In this document: piece by piece, positions 38,101 to 52,000 of the stretch | How the letters are laid out: each line of letters starts with the position of its first letter | Position numbering within the stretch: the stretch's first letter is position 1 | Assembly (NCBI RefSeq): GCF_003918875.1 | Contig: NW_025767546.1 | Coordinates: 930,001-994,000, forward strand | From: Haliotis rubra | Lineage: Eukaryota | Direction: 5' to 3' | Length of the DNA stretch: 64,000 nucleotides | Position numbers and translations under genes: made by a program | Notes under the pieces: model-generated | Databases searched by the model: none | What the model was told of the DNA's origin: nothing | The model's input: the letters and a program-made list of their open reading frames with translations, nothing else

Positions 38101-41100
38101 AAGGGGCACCACTTGCTGGTAGAACAGCCAGGTGTACGAGTTGTACATGTGAAATTGAAATTTTACTGTACATGCTTGTTGATTACCTGGCTGCTTTACC
38201 AGCAAGTGCTCCCACCTCGTAAGAAATAGTGAAAAGTGACAACAAAATAATGATTGTTTGTTAAACAACTTTGTTATTCGGTTGTCCAAAATTATGAGAC
38301 AAATCATCAGAGTTGGCCTGTCGATTTCATGTGACTGTGCAAAAGTTGGTTTTATTGCAGTTATTAGAGTTTGTGTTAGTGAGCAATTCATCGGTCTAAA
38401 ATGAAGTCAAACGGACTATATCTCTTGATGTGGCTTTGTGGGCCTCGAGGGGAAGCACAGTTTTCATTAATTTTTCACCATTATTATGCTATTATTTTTG
38501 TTATTATTATGCTCATATTTGTATAGCGCCAATATCCATATCAGCTGCACAAAGGTTCTTTGATTTTACCTCGATCACAAATGGCACATTGTATTATAAA
38601 GCTCAACTCCCTGGGGATCATACAACTGTTACGGCCACTAGGCACACCAAGCTAATGTGGCTTTCCCATTCTTGGAGGTACTATAGGACACTCTAAGAAC
38701 CATCAAGGACTTGTAACATTACTTCATTAGAATTAAAAGGAACTGTTGTAATGAGTGAGTGACTTTTGTTTTATGCCGCACTCAGCAATATTCCAGCTAT
38801 ATGGCGGCAGTCTGGAAATAATCGAGTCTGGACCAGACAATCCAGTGATCAACTGCATCAGCATCGATCTACACAATTGGGATATGATGATATGTGTCAA
38901 CCAAGTCAGCGAACCTGACCACCCGATCCTGTTAGTCGCTTCCTACAACAAGCATCGCTTACTGAAGACCAATTCTAACCCCGGATCGGAACTGTTGTAA
39001 GAATAGCAGGTCCTGGCTTCACCTCACCATTTGTGGTCTATATAGTGCATTATCTTTACTCAGTAAACACTCAATGTTTGTATTGTTGATATGTTACAAT
39101 GTTCTTTCACCTTCTGGTCATGTGTTACTCAGATTTATTCAACAATCCAGTGGCTCAAGAGAGTGGATACCGGCTGTTTGTGGTTTACTCTGTTCCATCT
39201 GTGGAGCTCTTGGATAGAAAAGGTAATAAGTGTCTCTTTGTCCCTGCTGTAAACAAGTATCATGAATCTTGTTAATATGCTGCATTTGTCAGCATTAAAA
39301 TTCAGTTCTGGTTGTTCTAGCACTCATTGTGAGTCAACAGGGTTTAAAATGGTCAATGCATTTTTAAAAAAATCTATATCTCCTTTCTGATTTTTGTAGG
39401 TCTGGTAATTTTGATTATCCTGACATAAATTTATGAATTCAAGCTGTTCTTTATGTTCTGTGATGAATGTGCCAGATGAATGTAGCAGAGTTTGAGTTTC
39501 GTTGGTATGAACCAAGCTAAGTTATTATGTTAGAAACTAATTTTCACAGAGGTCTTAAAGTTGGAACGTGATAAGGCTAGGAAGATATATAATCAAGAAC
39601 AAGAGAAGATCCGCGCGACACCATTGCCTTTGGTCGTAGATCAGATGGTCCTCCATTGCCGATCTATAATCCTCTTGACATCCACATCCCAGTCAGAGCA
39701 GGTGAGTCTTAGCACTATCACAAGATTTTTACAGGCACCTGGCACAAAAGAGCTGGTCTCCTGAATACTCAGAACTTTTTCATCTACTAACAGGCTTTTC
39801 ATTTTAACATAAGATTTTGATGGACAGTATGTATCATTTTTATCATGTTCATACATTATGAGATTGGTAACATGATCACTGGGCTGTCACATCGACCAGT
39901 TACAACAGTTTTATGTTGGAAGATAGTGTGTGGAATCAAGGTTAAACTAGAGTCATCTGTCAAAAAACGTATCCCCCAGTCGGATACAAATTGCAAGTGG
40001 AGTTTGGCGACTTATAGCCCAGTTTTGGTTCATTGCCATTGGATACAAATAGTCTAGTGAAGAAAAATATAATGCTGTTTGGATCTTTCAATATCCCATA
40101 TCATCAAAAGGCACCACTTCGCCACTAGACTGATATGTACTGCAGCTTCCATCAAGAAATATTTTGGTAAGGTTTGAGAGTCCTGCTCTGGAAAACATAC
40201 AACGACAGATAGAGAGTATTATTCAGCATCTGATCACACACCCACACCCATTTTCAACTAAGATGTAATTAAATGAATAAGAAACACCATAATCACTGGA
40301 TGCGTTGATGTGCCTAGAAAATAGTAGTACTTGTTAAATAATCTAGCTATCAGAATGGACACAGGTACTGTCTTAGAGATCATATGCTTGACCCACACAT
40401 TGACCAGCGCATTGAGAGACTGCTGGCAATCACAAGATAGCTGAGTGTGACAATAAAAAAATAAGCCCATGTACGTTCTGTTTTTGAAGGAATGAAACAC
40501 TGACATCATGATGACTTTGTTTCTACCTTGCAGATCCTGGAGATATTGGTAACAGCTACTTGAGAGATTGGTAAGTCTTGTTGATAGGTCCCCGTAAGTA
40601 GGTCAAGGCACTTCGCTAGACCTTATTACTCCTGTGACAAACAACGTACACTTGGTCCGGTCTAGTAAAGTCATATTTGGTGGTCGTGCAATTTGGAGTG
40701 AGTGAGTGAGTTCAGTTTTACGCCGCACTCAGCAATATTCCAGCTATATGACGGCGGTCTGTAAATAATCGAATCTGGGCCAGACAATCCAGTGATCAAC
40801 AGCATGAGCATCGATTTGCTCAATTGGGAACCAATGACATGTGTCGACCAAGTCAGCAAGCCTGAACACCCGATCCCGTTAGTCGCCTCTTACGACAAGC
40901 ATGCATTACTGAAGATCAATATTCTAACCCGGACCTTCTCGGGTACGCGCAATTTAGAACCAGAACTGGTTCTTGAATATACGCTTTTCACCAGAAATAT
41001 GGTACCAGAAGTATGCTGGGTTCCGTCTTGCATATCACAAGCTGGCGCACACAAAGGGAGTAGCACCTCACGAGACTTACAGGCCCTTTAGGACATGTAA

Positions 41101-41432
41101 ATAAGATTCTCACAAACCTACATTCTAACTGATATCTGACACATGGGACTTAAGTTTGCAGAGTTTAATTACCTAAGTTAGCGTTTTTCCTTTAGAAAGA
41201 AATAATAAGAATATATACAGATTTCTTGCTGAATTAACAAAAATATGTTTTATCTTATATTGGCAGCGTTCCTAATGAAGACCCAGAAGAGGCAGTAAAT
41301 GCACGCCGCCTAAACAAGTCCATTGCAGTTTACACAAGCTTTGACTGGTCAAAGGTTCCCCGCATTAAAGCTCGAAGGACAGCTGAAGAGATGTTTGACT
41401 CTCCAGAGATCATCACACATGTGTATCGATGA
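35139..41432 (+). CDS. LRRC72: Leucine-rich repeat-containing protein 72 (8 coding exons)
   Basis: Exons 35139-35156, 35769-35842, 36422-36491, 37596-37791, 39133-39222, 39550-39701, 40534-40570 and 41267-41432. Motifs DVEELYLS, LTEVCDL, LWLNGNK, LSELYLHNN, NPVAQESGYRL, VELLDR, IAFG, EDPEEAV and DWSKVP match remembered LRRC72. There is an apparent extra GC at ~39612-39617. Confidence 0.88.
35262..35641. repeat. 190-bp tandem duplication in LRRC72 intron 1
   Basis: 35262-35451 and 35452-35641 are nearly identical (about 2 differences). Confidence 0.93.
37898..38420. mobile_element. Palindromic MITE (~235-bp arms)
   Basis: TATAGTCCATTTGACTTCATTTTAGACCGATG... is mirrored by ...CATCGGTCTAAAATGAAGTCAAACGGACTATA, with a short central loop. 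Confidence 0.9.
38752..38987 (-). mobile_element. SINE-like family A copy
   Basis: Reverse complement of the 13712 element, with a 13-bp TSD GGAACTGTTGTAA. Confidence 0.85.
40696..40944 (-). mobile_element. SINE-like family A copy
   Basis: Has a (GAGT)n tail, the TTAGTCGCCTCTTACGACAAGCATG core and an imperfect TSD around GCAATTT. Confidence 0.85.
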
Positions 41433-43127
41433 AATAAGGTCATGATGTGAGATACAGAATAGCAATACTGCTACATTGCTGCAGTGTATACCTTCACTCA
41501 CTTGCAATACTACCAGCAGTTTTCTGTCACACAGTTTTGGTGTCTCTTCCAAAAGTCCAACTGAATGTAACATTCAACAGTTGCAATTTCAATTTACAAT
41601 GATTGAATCGAGACAACTCAGCTATAATATTCAAGATCTTGGTACTCTTCAATTTAGTTAATATAACTGTCAGATCTTACTATGATTTGTGCATTTTTAC
41701 TGACAGCCAGTTGGGGGATTTCTCTTTACAAAATCAAAAGAGTCTTAAAAATCAACAAAAATATTTTTCAGAATCACTGAAAACAATGTCCAGTATTATC
41801 TTCCGTGGTTGTGCATTTAATGCAGTGATTAATTGGGTTATTTCCTTTTATGATTCAGTGTTGATCATGGTTATCGTCTCCTGTTAGTTATCATGACTAG
41901 GTGATTTCAGTATGTTTTGAAGTGTTACTATTTTGAGTTTGTTACAAGTGAACTTTAACGTTCATCTCCATTAAACATTACATAACATGGGCTACTTCAC
42001 CAAATTAAATGCTAGCCAGTATTACAGTTTTCCAGTATCTGTTTCACAGTATTATTAAAAGAAAGCCAGTATTGGATTACTCTAGCCATTGCATGTGATA
42101 TATTTTTCATAAATGTATGTTTGATATTTGCATGATTATTCTTATTTAGACTGAAGTCTACATAATCAGTATTAACATTGATGTGATTTGATGCTGTAAC
42201 AAATCAGTTCCTACTAACAGTATTTAACAGTATTGTTTTCAGTAGTCATTGATAATTCTGACCATTTATATGCTCTATATTCTTTCAAGAGCATTTCTTA
42301 TAACATATGAATTTTATATATACTGAATTTGCAATACAATTAACATATAAATATCTATATATTTAGAATCACCGCTTCTAAAAATGCATTTTGTTCCTAC
42401 CATTTCTACATGGATCTTGTTTATATATTTTACACATAGCATTTCTGTAATAAAATATGGCTTGCAACATGCCTTCTGAATCTTTTTGCAGTGATGTTTC
42501 AACACATTTCAGGACAAAAGAAAGAAGAGATACTGACTGTGATCACTCGAGTTTCTGCCCCCCACAAAACCACAGCTTGTGACTTTCTTTCAAATAATGT
42601 TGAGGAAACACAACATGTGTATGATACACCATTTATGTACATATTCCAGTCATACAATCATACAAACACAAATAATCCCATATAAACATCCACCCCTTGT
42701 GGTAGAACCTAGCATGATTAATACAAGACATTGTACACACACAAACATGTTCATGAGCCAAGATAGACTGGTAAGTAATGAAAATGACTAATCCACCAAC
42801 CACATCACAAGCTGTACCTGGACGTACTGCTGTAAAGTATGTTACCGACACATTAATACACATCAACACTAACATAGGATTGTTTCCTGTTCTCAGCTTT
42901 CACTGTGACTCAATACATGTCCTCTGAGAGTAATTTACCCCCAGAATACTTCCTTGTCGAACAACTTGGCACCGACTCAATCAAGTCCTGATGCAGCCCA
43001 TTCATGCCTCATGTAAAATTCATTCATGGCAGTCAAACGAATCAGTGATGATGAAATCAGAAATCAGCAGAATCATTCTTCATACTTCCTGCAAAATTGA
43101 ATAACAGGAGTCAAATTGTGTCCATGT

Positions 43128-46100
43128 TCACACTTCAAGGGCTTTCAGTATTGCATCCCTCTCCTTCAAAGCTTTCTGTGCTCCATCTTTTTTCCTTCTT
43201 TGTTGGTGTTTTCTTCTTCTGTTTAGCTGCCTGAATCTTTCGATAGGCTTCCATCACCTAGATAAACAGAATCGAAGATCAGATCAGTTCTACTAGCATG
43301 GTTTTAGGTACACACAAACACAGGCAGTGGGACAGTGAATGTAGTTATATGCTCAAGTATGCAATATTCCACCTACATAAAAGCGGCCTTTAAAAAATAG
43401 GTTTGGACAGAGTCTGAAGATACATTCGTGTCATACATGGCCTGAGCCATCTGATACCCAGGCATGTAAAAAATAAACATGGCCAGGTATAATATACCAT
43501 AATATACTAATCTTAAATTGTTATTTCTTTGACTGAATGAAATTTGATGATTGTCCATGCATGCTTTTCTTTCATTCATACTTAACCCTGACAATACAGA
43601 TATCGTATATAAAGATTTAAAGTGCTACATCCTAAGAGACTCAAATTCCATAATATTCTCAGGTTTTGCACATAGGAAACTTTTATTTTGAAATAACAGC
43701 TGAGAGATAGTCACTCTTCATCTGTAGTGGCCAGCTTGACTCTTTTAAGATGTCTCTGCACTCGACATGTAGTACTTGGGACCTAAGGTGGAGAAAGACC
43801 CCATGTACTGACCTCTGCATCAGCTGCTGCCAACTTCTTCCTCATCTCCTGTCTCGCCATCTCCTCCTTGGCAAGCTTGTACAGTGTTTTAGTGATTGTT
43901 ACATTTCGCTGGCTCAGTGCCTTCAGTTCTTGCTGCTTGCGTCGCAGCTCTGCAAGTATCTCATCGTCTGGGTTGTCTTCCACCTTATCATCTATCTCTA
44001 TCAAACCTAGAATGAAACATCACTACTGGTCACCATACCGTTATCTGATTCATTGTCATCATACTGACAGGTGTGGTATGATACTCTAGCTGTCTAACAC
44101 AAAGATGAGTGAGTGAATATTATTTCACCAAATGATCAACAATGTTCCTGTTCCAGCAGTTGACTGACCTTGTTCTTCAAGCTCTCGTTTAATCCTTCTC
44201 TCTAAGTGGGCTGGGTTAACAATGTTCAGCTGTTTGGCCAGCATGCGTGGGGAGATGGCAGGTGCTTCCTCAGCAGATTCTAAAGAGACAAGTCGCAAAC
44301 AATCCATGTTTAATTTCTGACACAACAGTTGATTCACATAAAAGAGTAACCAAATTCAACTGACAAAAACATAGAAAAAGGGCGGTACTGACCTTTGCCC
44401 CCAGCAATGTCCGCTAGGGAGTCATCTATAGGGGTCATGATGTTCTCCTCGATCAGCGCAGCCACCAGGCGCTGGGTCAGGTGTCCGAATGGGGACTCAT
44501 CAAGGTTACTGGTCAACAATTACAAGCACACATTACAACTTATCAAATCAGTTTTGAATGCAATGGCAATCATTCATTTCTCAAACATAAAGCTGATGGT
44601 TCCCCAAAGATTTATTTGCTCACAAGTGTCTTACTTTGCTTCAGCCTTCTTGAGCAATGTAGCTGTTTCAGTGGGACTCATGACAGAGTTGTTGTGATTG
44701 GAGTTGGAATTTCGCTTCTTGTCATTGATCTTGGCACCTGGAACATACAAACATGTAGATGATGATAGTGTGAATATCCAATGACTGTCAAAAGTATAGA
44801 TATCAACACACTTTAGCATTATATTGTCAGTTATTTTACATCTGTAATTATTGTAAAATTTCTATGTTAAACAAATAAATACCCATTAACACAGAGTACC
44901 CTATATGTATCACCTCCCACCCCCCTCTCCCACTCTGCTCACCATCTCTCTGCTCCTCCTTGAAGGCCTCCTCCGCCCACCTCTCAGTGTAGTGTTTCCC
45001 CAGGGCGGGGATCTTGTATCCCCTCCCACCCCATCCCCAGGCCCCCACTCTGCTCACCATCTCTCTGCTCCTCTTTGAGGTCCTCCTCCGCCCACTTCTC
45101 AGTGTAGTGTTTCCCCAGGGTGGTGATCTTGTATCCCCTCCCACCCCATCCCCAGCCCCCACTGCTCACCATCTCTCTGCTCCTCCTTGAAGGCCTCCTC
45201 AGCCCACCTCTCAGTGTAGTGTTTCCCCAGGGTGGTGATCTTGTATCCCCTCCCACCCCATCCCCAGCCCCCCCACTGCTCACCATCTCTCTGCTCCTCT
45301 TTGAGGTCCTCCTCCGCCCACTTCTCAGTGTAGTGTTTCCCCAGGGTGGTGATCTTGTATCCCTGCCCAGGCCCCCACTCTGCTCACCATCTCTCTGCTC
45401 CTCTTTGAGGTCCTCCTCCGCCCACTTCTCAGTGTAGTGTTTCCCCAGGGTGGTGATCTTGTATCCCTCCCACCCCATCCCCAGCCCCCACTGCTCACCA
45501 TCTCTCTGCTCCTCCTTGAAGGCCTCCTCCGCCCACTACTCAGTGTAGTTTTTCCCCAGAGTGGGGATCTTGTATCCCCTCCCCAGGCCCCCACTCTGCT
45601 CACCATCTCTACCCATGAAGGTCTGGGTTAGAATATTGATCTTCAGTAACCCATGCTTATCGTAAGAGGCGACTAACAGGATCGGGTGGTCAGGCTCGCT
45701 GACTTGGTTGACACATGTCATCGGTTCCAATTGCGCAGATCGATGCTCATGCTGGAATATTGCTGAGTGCGACGTAAAACTAAACTCACTCACTCATTCG
45801 GCATCTCTCTGATCCTCCTTGAGGTCCTCCTCCGCCCACTTCTCAGTGTAGTGTTTCCCCAGGGTGGGGATCTTGTATCCCCTAGCACCCAATCCCCAGG
45901 CCCCCACTCAGCTCACCATCTCTCTGCTCCTCCTTGAGGTCCTCCTCTGCCCACTTCTCAGTGTAGTGTTTCCCCAGGGCAGGGATCTTGTAGTACTCAG
46001 ACTCGTCCTCATGTGACTTTAGTATTTCCTCCAGTAATTTCAAATCCTCATTTGAGATCTCCCCACAATAAGGCTCAACTGACACCCAGAAGCGGTTCAC

Positions 46101-48096
46101 AGCATCGTTCTTTGGCAATTTGGGCAAATCCACTGGAGAGTCCACAAAATCAAATTCCTGATTCTTGGACTGAAACAGCATCAAAGGTACATTGAATCAC
46201 ACTGACATTATATTCTTGCAATAATACAATGACAGCACATTTAATAGGAGTTCATGCTTAACCACATCTAAAAACACACAATCTTTTCATCAACAGATTT
46301 CTTGAATTTTGAAATTTGTTGTTTTGAGAAGTATAACTGCTATTGTCTGAAACAAACCTACGCAATATTTCAAATAAACCAATGCCATAACCATAATGAT
46401 CTCCATTAAAGATTTAAATAATGCTTATACTTTGATATAAGTGCAGTACACCACAATACACTGGTGTCTTTTAGCATAACTCTTTACACTGCTAGTCAGT
46501 ACAACCATGTATCGAGGCATACAATATCACATGTATAACAAAATGAGAGTTAAAAAAGCACAAACTTTATCACTCGAATTAAATGACAGCACTGAGTGGT
46601 GATATCGCATGCAAAATACATACAAAAAAATTATTACTATCAGTATGCCTAACTACAATCATAATGAAACACTTCTAACCAGTTTGCTGCCTCCCACCTG
46701 TGTGACTTTACTCTTAGGTCTGCTCGGTGGGGGTGGGGTAACACTAGAACTCTTCCCATTACTGTCTTTGAACTTCTTGCTGGGCTTGTCCTCGCCTCCT
46801 CCCTTCCCTCTCTTGCCCGGATGTGGGGGTCTCTGGTTGCTGGAGGGAGAGGATATACATCTACTTTGGAACCAGTCACCATTGTCAGTCATTGTTATCA
46901 TTTTAAAGCATGTGCTATTATATATACAAATATGATTGCAACACTTGTAGAAAGACATCTTTATGTGCTTTTACTTGAAGAAAGGGATCTTTATATGTTA
47001 TGGTTGGGAGTAATCAATTGAGATGAAATTCCCTTATAGCACACAACACCGGTTTTGAAACATCTACACTGCATTGAATGTAACTTGAATATGAACCCAC
47101 ATATGTTGCGATTTATTACACAAAGGCTACAGCCAAAGAGATCATACTGAACCAGTTCATGACTAGAGCGATAATCTAAGCCTCATTTGGGGATACAGCA
47201 AAGTTTGGTACGAGCTGTACTGAGAGAATAATGTGCCCACAAAACAAATCGCATCTTCCAAAGGTAACAAACATTTTGAAAATTGTAACAAGTGCCACAT
47301 ATTTGTCATTCTTATAAGCACCAGTCTCTTGAGAACAATATCAAAGTTGCTTGGTCCCAACACATTTACAATCTATAAACATTTGATTCAGGTTACAGCG
47401 ATTTACTGTACAGGTCTGTGAATTTTATGGAGAAACATCATCTGAATTACAAAAACGGTACGACAGTGTTGGTGTTATAATGACATAAATCCCAAGATTT
47501 TGCCTGTGACAGAAACTTTCACCATTACCTGTTTGCCTGGCGTTGGCTTCTTGTCTTTCTTATCCTGCCAATTGACCAGGATCTGAATCTCACTCTCCAA
47601 CAACTTCAGCCTCTTGCCTGCAGCTGCCAGCAGCGTTTCCAGGTCAGTCTGGATACTGCTTATCTCATCAATATTCACCCCATCCTCCTCACTCCTTTCT
47701 AGAACTGTAAAGGGATATAAACAGTGCTTTGTGAGGTGTTCCCATACCTCCTAAAAATTGAGGGGGATTAATAGAATATTTGATGAGTATGTGCTAATAC
47801 TATTGCAGGTGAGAGTTCAGTTTGGAATGTTTTCTCATGAATGTGACACTGACACACATACTCTCATCTTCCAGAAGTTGTAAAGTCCTTTGAATGACTA
47901 CAGTCAATGCTTTAATGGTCCTGGTTGATTGACCACCCCTTAACACTGTTTTAATCATGCAGTTTCTCACAATCAATACTGTACCATTAGTAAGCTTTGG
48001 ACAGTCTTTAGTATGGTCAACAGGCTGAAGGTCTGGGAATTGAAGAGGACAGCAATCTCCCTTTGATTCCTGCATGCCTTTTCCTTTACCTTTCAT
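43128..48096 (-). CDS. TADA3: Transcriptional adapter 3 (SAGA/ATAC HAT module)
   Basis: Exons 48096-47985, 47704-47529, ~46839-46698 (acceptor ambiguous), 46169-45917, 44737-44635, 44508-44393, 44279-44169, 44006-43813 and 43257-43128. Motifs CPLQF, VDH, LETLL, WQDKK, NRFWVSVEPYC, LGKHY..WAEEDL, PFGHLTQRLVAALIEENIM, DEILAELRRKQ and TPTKKE. One extra base is apparent in the T-run at 43188-43193. Confidence 0.93.
44930..45995 (-). repeat. Tandem amplification (7 extra copies, ~104-115 bp) of the TADA3 exon 4 3' end plus donor site
   Basis: Each unit encodes YKI(P/T)(A/T)LGK(H/N)YTE(K/R/*)WAEE..KEEQRD followed by GTGAG. Confidence 0.92.
45611..45801 (+). mobile_element. Internally deleted family A element splitting one TADA3 repeat unit
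   Basis: Begins ACCCATGAAGGTCTGGGTTAG. TSD CATCTCT. Confidence 0.85.
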
Positions 48097-48789
48097 TATA
48101 TGCTATTGAAACACTGAAATGTGAACACATTATCAATCAGAGCATAGCCCCTCTTTTAATAGAACACCAATTACACTACCAGTATGCAAATTATTACAAA
48201 TGCTACAGAATGCATTGTTATGGTAAGATCCCCCAGTACTACAGTTGATTGTGCACAACAAACAAACCGTTCCTTTGTTTTATAATTTATTTACATGAAT
48301 CATTTACTAATAGCACTGCATATATGTATGCTCATATCATCCTTATATTATGGACTTGTTGTTTTCTCTCAGAACACATGAACAGCATTTCGTTAACTTA
48401 TCCTTGATAAAATATGTATATCTTCAAAAACAAACCATCATCCAAGTATTTACAATATTTGTGTAACGCAATATACCTCAATACAGATCGGGCAACAACT
48501 GCTGTCCAAACACAAATAGTTTGATGATATATAGTTTATTGTCTTCACATGTATTTTCTCCTTATCATGGCTTATGTCGAGTTTAGTCACTGTCACTATA
48601 ATATTGTGCTTGCAAGCCACAACATTAACAAACTTGTCGTGTTAATAACTAACTCTGTGAGTATCATATGCCTACTGTATAAGGGTTTAATGAAATCAAA
48701 GGTGTAATTCCGTGTTAAAAGCGATAGGCAGCTGTCCACTTCTTATCACTGTATTAGTGCTCATCATTTGGCTCAGCGACATCACTTAC

Positions 48790-49077
48790 CGGAGTGTCAC
48801 TGTTGACTTTACAGTTTCTCCATTGCGTATAGGATGTATGTACCATGCAAATATACTGATTTGTTTATGAATAGGAGTATATCTATAGCGTCGGTTTCTG
48901 CTTAAGGAGCAGCATCATTAGGTATAATAGCTGCAGACATTCTCATGTACAGTTGCATATCACGAACAAAGCTGCAGGTGGACTGGCGGCCATTTTGAGC
49001 ACACAACAACCAATGACAGTAAAGCTTCTATAGTTATTCCACCAATCAGCGTTGTGGACGCAAAGAAAACACCAACA
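48790..49077. promoter_or_regulatory. Probable bidirectional TADA3/PIGV promoter
   Basis: The genes are head-to-head with ATGs <1 kb apart. There is a YY1-type GCGGCCATTTTG at ~48986-48997 and a minus-strand donor-like ACTTAC at ~48784-48789. Confidence 0.5.
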
Positions 49078-52000
49078 ATGGGTTATTTTGTGAAGTTGGA
49101 GCAAAAAGTAGAAACTTTTGCATTTCAAACACGCCTGATCACCTTATTTTTTCAGGTAAGTAAATTTTTATCATCCGTATACGCTTGTCAAAAAGATTTG
49201 ATCCATATTTGCTTGCGTTATGATGGAGAACAGGTGCTTGTTTTGACCGGCGACAGAGCCCAAATCCGAATCGGCCTTGCCATGCTTGCACAACGCAGGC
49301 CGTTATCATTTGAAAGAATGGTTAAACCACCACTTGTTGCACTTCCACACTTCTTAAATGTCAAAACAGTACTACAACAACTATAGTTACTATAACGCGG
49401 GTGTCTAATAACACGGGGGGTCATCCATGGACCCAAGACCCGCGTTATGGATGACTGTACTACGGTATATCAATTACAAACATGTATGTCATAGGCGCCC
49501 GGCTCTGATATATTTATAAGTATGACCTATATATATAAGATCTTATATCTTATATATATAGGTCATAATTATTATATATATATATAGGTCATACTTATAA
49601 ATATATCAGAGCCGGGCGCCTATGATGTATGTGTCAATTAATCAGTAAGTGTATTAATCAAAGTGTATGATGATGATTTTATAATCCATGTTTGGGGTTC
49701 AATCACAAGAAAGATGACAAAAAAAATTTATGGACATACAACTTCTTTTATTCTGTAAAGAGCGACTGTGAAGTTAGTATCCATAAAAAATTGTCATCAT
49801 TCTTCATCAACTCAACTTCTAATATGCCCATCAAAGAAGATACAATCACAAAATTGCAGCCTATACTTTGCAGGAATGTATTCTATCTTCCAGGTGATCT
49901 TCAATGCTGTTATTCCCGACCATGATGCTGACGTTTTCAACCCTCCAGCATCCCCAACCCACAACCAGACAGCAGTGGACAGCATCATGGACATCGGGGT
50001 GGGTGGATTGAGAAGATGGGATGCAGTGTACTTCATCCATGTTGCAGAACATGGTTACATCTATGAGAACGCTGTAGCTTTCTTCCCCCTGTACCCAGTC
50101 ATTGTGGGGAAAATTGCCGATGTTTGTTACTGCTTCTCATTTGCAGGTCAAATCATGTCCAAATTAAACCTCTGCTTAATCATCGGAGTGGCACTGAATG
50201 TCTACCTCTTCACCAAGGCAGCCTCTACACTGTTCCACTTGGGAGTCCAGGTTCTCAAAGATGAGAAATTAGCATACAAGGCAGCCCTGTTGTTCTGCAT
50301 CACCCCAGCCAGCATCTTCATGACAGCTCCCTACTCAGAATGTGTTTTTAGCTACCTCTTCTTCTCCGGGCTGCTGGCTTTTGCCAGTGGTGACACAATG
50401 AAGGCAGCATTTTGGTTTGGACTAAGTACATGTACAAGATCAAATGGCCTATTAGCAATTGGGTTCATCTTGTTCAGGAGAGTTAAGGGATTTATGTCCA
50501 GTATGCAACAAGTGACAAAAGCTAGATTTGAGACTGTGACTGAAAAGGGGATGATGATGGTGTCAATGACAAATCTATACCTGGCTCCAGTCATTGTTGC
50601 GATTGTGCTGTGTGCTGGCCCATTCTGTTTGTATCAATATTACATTTACAGAATATTCTGTTTGTCAAATGATGCAGATTTACCACAGCACCTAATTCGC
50701 TATGGTCGCTCCCAGAAGTACCATTTAGTTGGTGATGCTCCATCACCATGGTGTTCACAGTTACTTCCCTTGTCCTACAACTACATCCAGAAGCAGCACT
50801 GGGGTGTGGGTTTTCTCCAGTACTACGAGCTGAAGCAGGCCCCCAACTTCTTGCTGGCCACCCCCATGCTGGTGCTGAGTGTGTGTGCCTGCATATACTA
50901 CTACAGACTCAACACATCCTGCTGCCACAGACTCGGCATGGTGCAGGAGGGGCAGACAGACAAGAAGACGGATCTACAGAAAGGAAACTTTGGCTTCAAG
51001 AACACCAGACTTTTCATCTATGTAGGGCACCTGCTATTCACCACTGTCTTTGGGATTTTCTTTGTGCACATTCAGGTAAGAATCTGTTAGTTAATGATTC
51101 TGGTATAGTATAGATAGACAGTTCTTTGCATCAAGAAATATTATCATCCTCATCGAAATACAGCATGAAACAGTGTCCATGGATTATTATCTATGTGAAA
51201 CTATTGATATATGTTCGTTACCATGGTTACATCTACAAGTTGCTGTTAGCATGAAGCATAAACATATCACCACTTCAAGGAATGATATAGGATTTCAAAG
51301 TAGCAGCCAAAAACAGCAAATTGGGAAAATGTTTGTTTTTAACCCAACTGGGAATTTTTTATCAGCTTCATGTTCTGTTATTGGAATTTTCTGACATTAC
51401 ATAAATTGCAATAATACAGGGTGAGTAGTAACAGTTCTGACTGATGAGGACCTTTCACAACACCAGGAGAGAACCTTAAATCAGTGGGATGCATGCACTC
51501 CATCATTGCCGGCAGAAGTGTGTGGACCATGGAGGGGCTCATGTTGAAAAACAGTTAGAAACCATCTCTGTCATAGCAGCTAGGGCTCTAATGATGCATT
51601 GAACTATCGATGGATTGCAATTATTGAGTCTCTGATACCAATTAATCAATGGTAGAAACGAAAAACTATCGATGCATCGATAGTAGGTGTGATTTATTAC
51701 TGTCACAACAATTCGTCATGTTCTCTCATGAACACTTCCGTTGATAAATGTGCAGCGCAAAAGTACCAGATTCGCTCACTTTGATTTAGAGTTATCTGCC
51801 CCTGCTTAATTGAGTTATGTTTTAAGTGTTTACTCGAATTTGGTTTCAAGTTTCTTGTCAGTTTTTTAAAGAGACTGAAACTACTTCAACTGTTTTTTTA
51901 TTTCATGTAAACTATACATTCATTTGAGAAATGACTTCAAATGAGACGATTCAAGGAGAAGAAAAAAACCTATTGCAATAGTATTAGTTGGTATTATAGT

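Noticed and set aside
49768-49893. N-terminal extension of the PIGV ORF in the ORF track
   Set aside because: It is intronic. The conserved N-terminus is encoded by 49078-49155, spliced to 49894.
51436-51480. CTGATGAG motifs (also at ~14358) as hammerhead ribozyme or C/D snoRNA cores
   Set aside because: No stem II plus GAAA, and no convincing partner box or terminal stem, was found.
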